Part shown: piece by piece, positions 54,101-64,000 of the stretch | Numbering within the stretch: the first letter of the stretch is position 1 | Layout: each line of letters opens with the position of its first letter | Assembly (NCBI RefSeq): GCF_006345805.1 | Contig: NC_043015.1 | Span: 26,350,001 to 26,414,000 of the forward strand | Length of the DNA stretch: 64,000 bases | DNA from: Octopus sinensis | Lineage: Eukaryota | Direction of reading: 5' to 3' | The notes under the pieces: generated by a model | Told to the model about the DNA's origin: nothing | What the model saw: the letters and a program-made list of their open reading frames with translations, nothing else | Databases searched by the model: none | Translations under genes and position numbers: made by a program

Positions 54101-55317
54101 TGAGTCCTTTGGAAAGTATGTTTATTTGGTTTGCTGTTAGTTCCTTGTGAGTTAGATGATAATTTTTATTACTTTTGGTTCCTCCTGCTTGTTGGTGCTA
54201 TCTTGTGTCTCTGTGTTTGCGTATTGGGTCTAAAAAATGAATGCGGTGGTTGGGACGATAGCTATTATATAGTTGTTCTTTGTTGATGTGGGGTCTCCTG
54301 TTGTGATTTATGGTGTGTGTTCTTGGAGCAGTATTGAGGAGAGCGTCCCGATATCCCATATTCGGGTGTGGTGTTCTAGGAGGCCTTCATTGGTAATCAT
54401 TGCAAGTGGTGCGGGTTTGTTGTGCATGGTTGTTTAACCGGTTGATGGGACGAAGATTTCGTTGGTAACTCTTTTGGGTGGGGATAAGGTTGCAGTGTCT
54501 ATGCTGTGGGTGTTGATTTATCCTTTCTTTGCTTGAAGTGGGGGTATTCCTGATATTGTATCGCTGGCTGCTTATAGAGTTAGGGTTAGGTCCTGTATTC
54601 TTTTTTTGATAGTAGTGAAGGTTCCGATTTTTAGACAGGTGTGTATCGGTGTTTGGGTGTTGTTTTGGTTTTCTTATTTTCTGGAAAGGGTTGTGGAGGC
54701 GTGCTCTGTTTGAAAGACGGCTTCATAGTCTGAGACCAAGTGGCGCTTTTCTCCAGCGTTGGAGAGATTTTAGTTCTTCTTTTTCACAGTCCTCTTTCCA
54801 TAGTTTGGAGAACTTCTCTTGATCTGGGCCTTGGGTCATTTTGTGAATTTCTTCGTTGATATCTTCATCGATGAATTTTATTTTCTTCTACCTCTTAACT
54901 TTATCACTAATGCTTTTTAGTAAAACACCTACGCAAATTCCATAAACAAACCTCTCAATAGAAATATTCTCCTGAATTGAACTGCAACTGCTAGCCGTCA
55001 CTGACCATTCAAAATACAACAATCAAAGCACTTCCAAAATGTTTCACCCCCTCTCCTCATCAGCCCTCTTCTTCTTCTACCCTACCAAGAATTCACAACG
55101 ACCTCGAACACACAAGTGCAAACAAGGGAGTCAGAGAAAGGCAGAATGCCACTTATATCTGAACACTATAAAATATTCCTTTAAAAAAACTTTTCTTCTA
55201 ATTTTCTAAATTTAATTATTTAAGCGTTACAGTTGAAAAGGTCTCAAAATGACCGAACCGGTACTGAAATGTTCTTTATAAAATTATTTTAGCATTTTCT
55301 ATTTTGACTTGTTTTTC
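51151..55317 (-). mobile_element. Penelope-like element (Neptune-like), RT plus GIY-YIG with frameshifts, bounded by ~430-bp inverted pLTRs (51151-51579 and 54885-55317)
   Basis: ORF pieces 53886-52906 (IKEADKGSAVV, FYGIPKIHK, LRPII, SFDVVNLYSNIPH, GTAMGTRMAPSFANL, RYLDDCF), 52881-52234 (LPFLD, YYKPTD, CGRPNCGICDY) and 52237-51977 (NLIYSLTCSGCQEQYIGQT). Confidence 0.93.
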
Positions 55318-55334
55318 ATATATATCAACTCGTG

Positions 55335-55362
55335 TGTTCCTTTTCACCCTTATACATATATA

Positions 55363-55455
<93 letters not shown>
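55335..55455. repeat. (TA)n microsatellite separating the PLE from the HHR tandem unit
   Basis: Direct reading. Confidence 0.95.
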
Positions 55456-55458
<3 letters not shown>

Positions 55459-55735
55459 CATTAATAAATCTCTGAACGAGATATAAACAGTAACCGCTCG
55501 ACAACGTAAAGTGTACTAGCCATCTGAATGTGGCTAGCTACTGGGGGTGGGGTGTTACTGACGCTTTTAGCCCCAGGAGATCAACGTCACCAGCTGGCCT
55601 TAGACACAATTTCAGTGCCCTTGTGTTATTTGCAAAGGGAGGTCATCCTCCCTCGAAAACCTAAGTGATACATACGGACTATAGTTTCGAGGTAATTGCC
55701 TCTCGTCAACGCATGGTAAACACCGGTTTTCGATG
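55459..55735 (-). repeat. 356-bp HHR-containing tandem unit, segment left of the Tx1 insertion
   Basis: Continues at 61069-61380 after removing the Tx1 element and one TSD; an uninterrupted inverted copy lies at 61379-61718. Confidence 0.9.
55671..55715 (-). ncRNA. Minimal type I HHR (UUGACGA core), identical to 61543-61587
   Basis: CATGCG-TTGACGA-GAGG caatta CCTC-GAAA-CTATAG-TC-CGTATG. Confidence 0.7.
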
Positions 55736-55987
55736 ATAATTCTTTATTATGATTATATAATCAGTACTTAGAAGAACAATACAGAACATACATACAAAAA
55801 CAGTTAAGTGGTTCGTTTAAAAATTTCCAAAATATATGGATTATTCATTATACAAAAAACTGTATATAAATTGTCATTTGCATTGACTAATATAACATTA
55901 CATTAGATTGATATCTTACCGATATATTTTAAACCCCAGCAACCTATAAAAGCCCCGCAGCTTTCCTTTCCTCTTCAACATCCATAG

Positions 55988-58900
55988 TTAAACTGGGTTT
56001 CTGACACCCACCTTTTTCGCCACTTCCTTCCATCTTTTTTCATACACACTTCGTGGTAAGGTCTTCTTTTCCAGCCACATTTTGCTCTTCAGATGATATC
56101 TGAAGTAAGTGAGCAAGCCGGGGCCTGAGACAAAGGATCCTATTGCGACTCCTTCCATTCTTGTATGCCACATGCATTCTTTTACTACTGCAACCGTGCA
56201 GTGAAAACATGCCTCACCTTCCTTCGAGAGTCCTGTTGGCGGTATCATCTTAATCATAGACTCAGCCGACAGCTGTACTCGTCCCAGATGCGATAACACG
56301 TGTTCTGCGTAACTTATCAAGTCTGACAACTGCCGACAGTGTACAAAAGCGTGCTGGACGGTTTCATCGTCCAACCCGCATCTTGGACATGTCGGTGGCA
56401 CTGAAATTCCGTGCTGCGATAACTTCTCGCGAACAGGTAACGCATTCCTATAACACTGCCAGGCCAGGGATCTTTGGAAATTATCCAAATACCCCGTCCT
56501 GGAAGTCTTTTTAAACAGGTTGGTAAGCTGGTCTTCGTCGAACCCCAGAGCCCCTCCTAGAACGTCGTCGTCCTTTGCCTCTACCAGCCTGCTATAAAAT
56601 ACCGAGGTGGTATTTCCGCTGCCGGCCTTGCCCGCCTTGTGGATCAGCGTGAGTGCCCGTCGACACTCCTTTTGCCATAAAGTCAGATTCCGTCTTTTGA
56701 TTGAACCGGGTTTAAAATTCACTAAGGAAGCCGGTCTCGGGAAAAATTCCCCTGCCAGCGGACTCCACACCTTATTACCCTCCAGGTGGTGCCAGAGATG
56801 CTTCAGCCTCAGCGCATGTCTGCGCATCGTCAACCAAGGCATTCCTAACCCACCCTTTAACGGTTCCTGGCAGCAAACGGAGCGCCTCACAAGTGGCTTT
56901 CCTCCCTTCCACAAAAAGCGGGAAAGGATTCGCTCCAACTTGCTAAGCCATGAATCGGGGCAGGGGACAACGGTCAGGCGGTAAGTGATTACAGATGCAA
57001 TAAACATCTGTACCACCTCTGCCCTTCCTTTCAAGGACAGAAACCTTCCGGACCAGGTCCGTACTACGGCCTCCACCTTGCCCGTCACCTCACTCCAATT
57101 CCTCTCCGTTTGGGAGTCTGGCCCAAAGCAAACTCCTAACAGCTTAACAGGACCATCTGTCCAGTGTCCCACGGCACTGGATGATATCGACTTGCTCCTC
57201 CAGGTGCCGAGGCATAAGCCAATCGACTTGTCCTTGTTAACTTTTGCTGCTGCCACCGCCTCGTATCCTCTGATAGCATCTTCTACACAAGGTAGCTGAG
57301 CCTCATTGGACACGATGAGGGTGACGTCATCCGCATAAGCAGAAACCGTCCTCCTGCCTCCGATCTCATCCGGGTTACTTCCCAGCCTCTCCAACTTTCG
57401 CAGCAATGGCTCGAGAGCCAACACGTACAAAAGTGGTGACAAGGGGCAACCTTGACGAACTGAACATTCGATCGAAAACGGTTCCGTTAGGTAACCGTTT
57501 ATCTGGACGGTGGACTTGCTGCCGCTATACATTGCGGAGATCCACCCGCGAAATTCAGGGCCCAGTCCAGCCGCTTCGAGGACCGTCGCCAGGTACTTAT
57601 GGTCTGCCCTATCGAACGCTTTACTTTGGTCTAACTGGACCATTACCCCGCCCTTGCCGGTTAATTTACCCACCCTATCTAAGGTGTAGCGTATAAGGTG
57701 AAGATTGTCCTGGATCAACCTGCCTGGAATTGCAAATGTCTGTGCTTTCCCGACAAGTTTCTCCACGACAGTCGTCAACCTTTTTGCCAACACCTTGGCC
57801 AAAATCTTTAACTCTACATTAAGTAGAATTATGGGCCTGTAATTACTAATGTTATCCCCCTTGCTCGAATCTTTCTGGATTAGCGTCATCACTCCCCGGC
57901 TTACAGAACTGGGAATTCTCCCGTTCTGCTGCCAGTTCGTGTAGACGCCTGCCAGTATTCCCCCGAACAAGTCCGGCATACTTTGATAAAACTCGTAGGG
58001 CAGACCATCCAGCCCCGGCGACTTCTCTCCGGCGCATCCGGCCAGTACCCCCTCTATCTCAGCGGGAGTGATCGCTCCTTCACAGCACTCCACCTCACGC
58101 CCCGAGAGCCGTGGTCCGCCGGCTAGGAAGTCCTGTAAGGCCTTCCCCCGCTCCAGCGAACCACCACCCCCGAACGCGCGGGCGAAATGCTGGTGAAGAA
58201 ACTTTTGCATCTCCTCCTGTCCATAGATCTTGTGTCCATGTTCGTCAGTTAAAGACTTGATTGAAGCTTTGTTGCCTCTCTGACTCTCCACTCGACGGGC
58301 CCATCCGGCAACATTAATACCTTCTCGTTTCCCTGCGCGTAGCTTAGCTCTAACTCAGCAACCTTCGTGTTTGGAATTAAGGTGATGGTACAATACCGTC
58401 CTTGCCGCCATCACTCCGGATGCAGAGCCAGATTCCATTGCCTCGTTTAGATTCTTAACTAAATCGTCCTCTATCCTAGACCTATCTAACCTTAGCTGAT
58501 TGCTAAATCTAATGGACTCTGAACGAATGGCTCTTTTGAGGGAGTGCCACCAGCTATTATTAATGATGGTTCCACATAATGCCCTCTGTACTAACACCTT
58601 AATCCGGGTACGGAAGTCTTCACAATTCAAAATAGACTTGTTCAGCTTCCAGTACCCGGGTCCCTGTCTATGACACTTATCTAATTGGACCCTACAAGTC
58701 ACAAATTTGTGATCCGTGTAAGGCACAATGTGAAACTGTGGACAACTAAACATATCCTTATCTCTTTTTCTAACGAATATCCTATCTATATACGATCTGC
58801 GTGAGCCGTCGTTGTTACTCCACGTCCACTGTGGAACGCTCGGCTCATCCAGTCGATAACGGTCTACTAGATTAAAGCTCTCTAGTAGACCCTTGAGGCT

Positions 58901-59377
58901 AGGGTTCCCCTTCCTATTGGTTGAGCCAACACTGTCGACCCGCGCTTCGAGGAGAGTGGTAAAGTCCCCTACTAAGACTACCGTTTTCGACGTCACTAAA
59001 AAGTGCTCCAGATTCCGAAAAAAACCCGACTGCCTATTCTCATTCGGAGCGTAGACAGCTACCAACCTGAAGGACTGTTTACTTACGTGGGTCACATCCA
59101 GAACGACCAGCCTGCCTTCTGGGTCCAGAAAGACAGTACTTACCTGCAAGTCCAAGCGCTTCCTGATAAGGACTGCCACGCCCCTTCCTCTTCCTCGGCT
59201 AGGAGAAATACATTTCTCGAAACCATTTAGAAAAGGCGAGAACGCTTGGGCCCCGTTCATCTTGGACTCGGTTACAATAGCTACGTCCACTCTGTGTGTC
59301 GTGAGGTCGTCCAGGAGACAAATTTGTATCCATTTCGACCCCATTCCACGCACATTCACACAACCCAGCTTAGCCAT
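55988..59377 (-). pseudogene. Tx1 ORF2: APE endonuclease, reverse transcriptase, CCHC; 1129 codons with one in-frame TGA at 58355-58357
   Basis: LGCVNVRG, VAIVTES, LVAVYAPN, VLVGDF, SYIDRIF, YTDHK, YWKLN; KSPGLDGLPYEFY, LDQSKAFDR, VRQGCPLSPLLY, SAYADD; CPRCGLDDETVQHAFVHC. The two track ORFs are in the same frame (offset 66 nt). Confidence 0.92.
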
Positions 59378-59401
59378 TGTCGGAGAGAGAGAAAAAAAAA
59401 C

Positions 59402-60836
59402 TTACGGTTGGGACAGGGAGCATGACAGTTTAAATCTGCATGCTTCCCCTTCTTCCTCCCTTGTGGTCGTAGCTGCAGGGCTCTTAACCGGCGTTGCCAT
59501 CGGGCTCAGGGTAGGTGTGGTTGCCGGGGTTATAGTAAGTTTACCCTCCAGTATTTCGTTAGTAACGTCTCTGATAAGGTTATTTTTTAAATGTTCTTGC
59601 AGTGTTTTTTCCTTCCACTCGTCTTCCTTTATTTTTGCAAAACGAGTGGTCGACTTAGTGTCTGCAGACTTACTGAATAATTTCAGTTTTGAAAATTTAA
59701 AATACTTGAACACTCTTGCGTTTTTCTCGTCGAATGCTACAACCTTTTAATTTTTTTTAATCAATTTTTTCCAATCTTGTCTTATGGGGAGGGGCTTGGC
59801 GAACTGTGTTCCAATGAATACAGTGCCGTGGGGGTGGGGCTGGGGAATTTGTTTTGGATGTATCTCTGCGGTGTTTGCTGATTTTTTCTTTGTTTGGGGA
59901 GGGGAGTCCAGGATATTTTCTTTTTTTCTTTTGTTTCACCTGTGTAAATTCCATTTGTTCATTTTTATCTTCCGTTTCGATTCCCTTCCTTGTCGCAGTC
60001 TTGGGGTCTTTTTCCGCCTTTTCTTTTTCTGTGTTTGAAGCACTTTGAGGAGGGGCTTCGCTGTTTTTCTTTCTTTTTATGCAGTTCGAGCGGACATGAC
60101 CCTTTTCACCACATTTGAAACACCTAAGTCTGCGCCCCTCCACCGACACTCTCATTGTAATTCCCTCCTGAATAAATACCCTATCGGGTAAGTTTTCTAG
60201 CACATTATTTTCTGCTTGAACGAGGAGTTCGAGCGCTTGTACCTTCCAGTGTACCTCCTCTTTCCTTTTCATCTGCAGAATTGAGACTTTCTGCTCTACG
60301 TCGTGCAGAACCGCCGCTGCTACCCACATTATCTCATATCCTCTTGGAATGTATTCCACATATAGTTTCGCAGTTCTTTTTCCCATATATGTAGGTAGTA
60401 ACATGATGTCCTCACTTTTTAAGGTCATCGATGAAATCTCTCTTGCCACATCAGCCGAGTCGAAATGTGCTTCAACGGTAGCGCTGCGGGCACCTCGACC
60501 GACGTGACGAATTTTGCTCCACACCGGGGACAAGCACTTCTCTACTATTTCGTTCTTCACGTCCATTATTTTTTTCTCTTTGTTACTGTAAACCTTGTAT
60601 ACGACTATCTTAGCCTTTATTTCCTGTAATTTCGCTTGCGGCGATACCAGTTTAATTTCATTGCCTTCCTTTTTTACCAATTTCCGGTATTCGAATAACT
60701 GTTCAATTTTAAATTCTACTTCCGTTATGTTTCCGCCCACTGCGGCCGAAAAAGACTGTTTTTTAACCTCGATATCCTTCTGTTCGCCTTTTCCCATCAC
60801 GGGAAAGTCGCTCCTCGACGCCAAGTCGAACTCCAT
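59402..60836 (-). pseudogene. Tx1 ORF1 (gag-like, CCHC zinc knuckle), frameshifted near 59757
   Basis: RCFKCGEKGHVRSNC knuckle; 359-aa ORF ends at an A-rich tract and coding-like sequence resumes in another frame to 59402, 25 nt before ORF2. Confidence 0.8.
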
Positions 60837-61068
60837 TTCTCAAATTATGAGAACCAATTTTTCAAAAAAAAAAAATTACCCCGAAGGTAATAACAATGTT
60901 TATACACAGAATTTTCAGCCCCGTAGGGCGAAAATTACTGTCACACAACGGACAACTGTTCAATTCACGAGCAACACAAACAACGACGAACAAAAAACGA
61001 ACTCACTCAACAACATAGGCAGCTAACTTCTCAATACGCAGATGAAAGAGAGGTCTCTAGACGAGTCA

Positions 61069-61380
61069 AAACACCGGTTTTCGATGAAGGAGACCTTTGC
61101 AAATAATAATATTTAACGTTTTTCACAGCAACCACAGTCACTGATTTAGAAAAACTGTCTGAAAGCATTAATAAATCTCTGAACGAGATATAAACAGTAA
61201 CCGCTCGACAACGTAAATTGTACTAGCCATCTGAATGTGGCTAGCCACTGGGGGTGGGGTGTTACTGACGCTTTTATCCCCAGGAGATCAACGTCACCAG
61301 CTGGCCTTAGACACAATTTCAGTGCCCTTGTGTTTTTTGCAAAGGGAGGTCATCCTCCCTCGAAAACCTAATTGATACAT
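61069..61380 (-). repeat. 356-bp HHR unit continued (end of unit 1 plus 215 bp of unit 2)
   Basis: 61166-61380 repeats 55459-55673 with few substitutions. Confidence 0.9.
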
Positions 61381-61718
61381 GGCTAGTACACTTTACGTTG
61401 TCGAGCGGTTACTGTCTATATCTCGTTCAGAGATTTAATAATGCTTTCAGACAGTTTTTCTAAATCAGTGACTGTGGTTGCTGTGAAAAACGTTAAATAT
61501 TATTATTTGCAAAGGTCTCCTTCATCGAAAACCGGTGTTTACCATGCGTTGACGAGAGGCAATTACCTCGAAACTATAGTCCGTATGTATCACTTAGGTT
61601 TTCGAGGGAGGATGACCTCCCTTTGCAAATAACACAAGGGCACTGAAATTGTGTCTAAGGCCAGCTGGTGACGTTGATCTCCTGGGGCTAAAAGCGTCAG
61701 TAACACTCCACCCCCAGT
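61379..61718 (+). repeat. Inverted, uninterrupted copy of the 356-bp HHR unit (HHR at 61543-61587)
   Basis: Reverse complement of the reconstructed unit; contains the empty Tx1 target site at 61522-61540. Confidence 0.9.
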
Positions 61719-62040
61719 TGACATTGCCGTATAGGGAGATTGTTCTCTCTCCAAAGCACTGCCGTAGCAACTGCGTTGTTTCTTTTGAGGTATGAGCACT
61801 TGCCCCATCTTTTTGGAACCATGTGTGAGGTATACTTTGAACGGCCAGGTGCAAAAAGTCTCAGTCATTAATACCTGAAAGAGAGGCTTTACGTCAACAA
61901 ACCGGAAACCCTGATGCAACCGAAGAACATCAATAGATAAATCAAAGAAGAAATTGGCTCTGAACCTCTTGAGGGTGTTATGATGCAAGTTTTGGAAAGA
62001 GTGTGGGCGTGCGAAGCCTTTAAACGGCTGCCGTGATGTA
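61715..62040. mobile_element. Tc1/mariner-superfamily transposase remnant with internal inversion
   Basis: Minus 61870-61715: HLAVQSIPHTWFQKDGASAHTSKETTQLLRQCFGERTISLYGNVNW. Plus from 61872: YLKERLYVNKPETL...EEI..EPLEGVMMQVLERV..C. Confidence 0.75.
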
Positions 62041-62474
62041 ATGGTGTTACAAAATTTGACTTGTGCATATTAATTTCCATTATGTCCTTTATATTGTCGC
62101 AAAATATCATGCATTTATTTGTAAAGTTATGGAAGTTATTATAAATTAAAACCCATCAGTGACTTCAGGCTCTGATTCCTCTTGAAAATCAGGACGCTGG
62201 CCCGAAAAATATCGCGATAAGTAAAGGAGATAGTAGATGCATCTTCTCGCCTTACCTGTGACCAATTGCTTGATTTTCAAATAGAATCGATTATTTGGTC
62301 CTGTCTGAAGTTTGTTTGGAGATGGAAGGCGTTATAAAAGCCTGCCCAGAACCGTTTGGCCAAAGTGTCAAAACTATAAGTTGATATAGCTTTATTTTGC
62401 GTACTTTAAAGGATGTGTATCTCTCACTGGATGAAGTAATGTTTTGTTGATCTTACCTCAAAGGAACAGTGAAC

Positions 62475-62505
<31 letters not shown>

Positions 62506-63130
62506 TGTATGTATGTATGTATGTATGTATGTATGTGTGTATGTATGTATGTATGTATGTGTATATATATATATATATACATACATAAATACGTACATCA
62601 TTATATGAGTGTGCATCGGAAATAAGGCGATGTCGTGTTTGTTTTATCCGTCTCGTAGATATGTTTTGTCTATTAAATGACAAAACGTTCCGGCATTTTC
62701 CTTCTCCTTTCGTTGACTCTTTCTCATCTTCCTTCCTCGTGCGCCATCAACCCCGATACAACTTTACAGCATTTCTATGTGTTCATTTGTAATGCCGCTG
62801 TCATGATACACACGTCTATAAAACAAGCCCTAGGTGAAATTTCAAGCAAACTCTTATCATACTTAACAAGTAAGTGCGTGTTTGTGCACACTCACGCACA
62901 CACACAGACACACACACACACACACACGCACAGTAAAACATGTATGTATATGTGTATTTATACGTGTGCGCATATATATCCATATACTTACATATATATA
63001 TACTTACATATATACGTATACTTACATATATATATACATATTCATATATACATATGTCTATGCATATATTTATACATACATCTGTTTCCAAAATTGCCTA
63101 TATATAAAAATATGCTTACATGTGTATTAA

Positions 63131-63197
<67 letters not shown>

Positions 63198-63276
63198 ATA
63201 TATATATATATGCGTGTGTGTGTGTGTGTATACATACATATATATATATATGTATGTATATGTAAATATATATATA

Positions 63277-63328
<52 letters not shown>

Positions 63329-63333
<5 letters not shown>

Positions 63334-63830
63334 ATATTTCGGAATGGTCATATTGCCAGTTTAGCCAATAAAAACACACGCACTATATATTTGGTGTTAT
63401 TTTGCTTCAGTGATATTTATTTTTTACATTAATCTTAATCTTATTTCGGCCAAAGTTCTTTCGTCACACTCCTGTGACCGCGTCAGTGGTCCTTTGTTTT
63501 CTTCTCACTTATTTGTGTCTCTCCTTACTAACCGTCAGCCATTTTGTATTTCTATTGTATGTCTTCATTTGCGCATGCTTATATCTCTATGTGCGTCTAT
63601 GTTTATTTAGTGTGTGTGTGGGGGGGATGCCTGTAATATTTGTATCTTCTGTTTATATACATTCATGTAATTTGTATTTTGTTTTTGTTGTTGTTGCTTT
63701 TGTTCTAATTTTGTTCATGTGTTTACATCCACCCATTATTATCATTACATATGCTTGTATGTATGTATAACAACAATATTAGTAATAATAATAATAAATC
63801 TAATCGAAAAAAAAAATTTAAAAAAATATA
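63329..63830 (-). repeat. Orphan copy of the 35.7/39.7-kb pLTR; further starts of it at 63925-64000 and 44928-44969
   Basis: TTGTTATATTTCGGAATGGTCAT.TTGCCAGTTTAGCCAATAAAAACAC...TTCTTTCGTCACACTCCTGTGACCGC matches 35708 onward. Confidence 0.9.
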
Positions 63831-63892
63831 TATATATATTATATATATATATATACATATATACACACACATATACACATATACATATATAT

Positions 63893-63925
<33 letters not shown>

Positions 63926-64000
63926 TGTTATATTTCGGAATGGTCATATTGCCAGTTTAGCCAATAAAAACACACGCACTATATATTTGGTGTTATTTTG

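Larger units (their letters stand above)
55736..61068 (-). mobile_element. Tx1/L1-clade LINE, apparently full length (~5.33 kb)
   Basis: Two-ORF layout; flanked by direct repeat AAACACCGGTTTTCGATG(A) at 55718-55735 and 61069-61086; AATAAA near the 3' end (55743-48) but no poly(A). Confidence 0.95.

Overview
AT-rich, microsatellite-dense eukaryotic DNA. The tRNA-derived SINE families and repeat landscape look like an octopus (coleoid cephalopod) genome; this is pattern recognition, not a database result. No host protein-coding gene could be supported. The window is a stack of mobile elements: a nearly intact 5.3-kb Tx1/L1-clade LINE with an 18-19 bp target-site duplication, two decayed Penelope-like elements (PLEs) each bounded by inverted pseudo-LTRs, HERO, R4/Dong and RTE LINE fragments, Tc1, mariner and Tigger DNA transposons, a MITE, non-autonomous Helitrons and many SINEs. 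The main signal beyond routine annotation is a high density of hammerhead-ribozyme (HHR) folds from about 8 unrelated sequence contexts, including canonical cores and U3-A8, U3 and C9 core variants, several inside long palindromes. One is a 356-bp, highly self-complementary, tandemly repeated HHR unit (candidate retrozyme). The Tx1 element is inserted a few nucleotides upstream of its ribozyme. All folds were derived by eye and none is shown to cleave.
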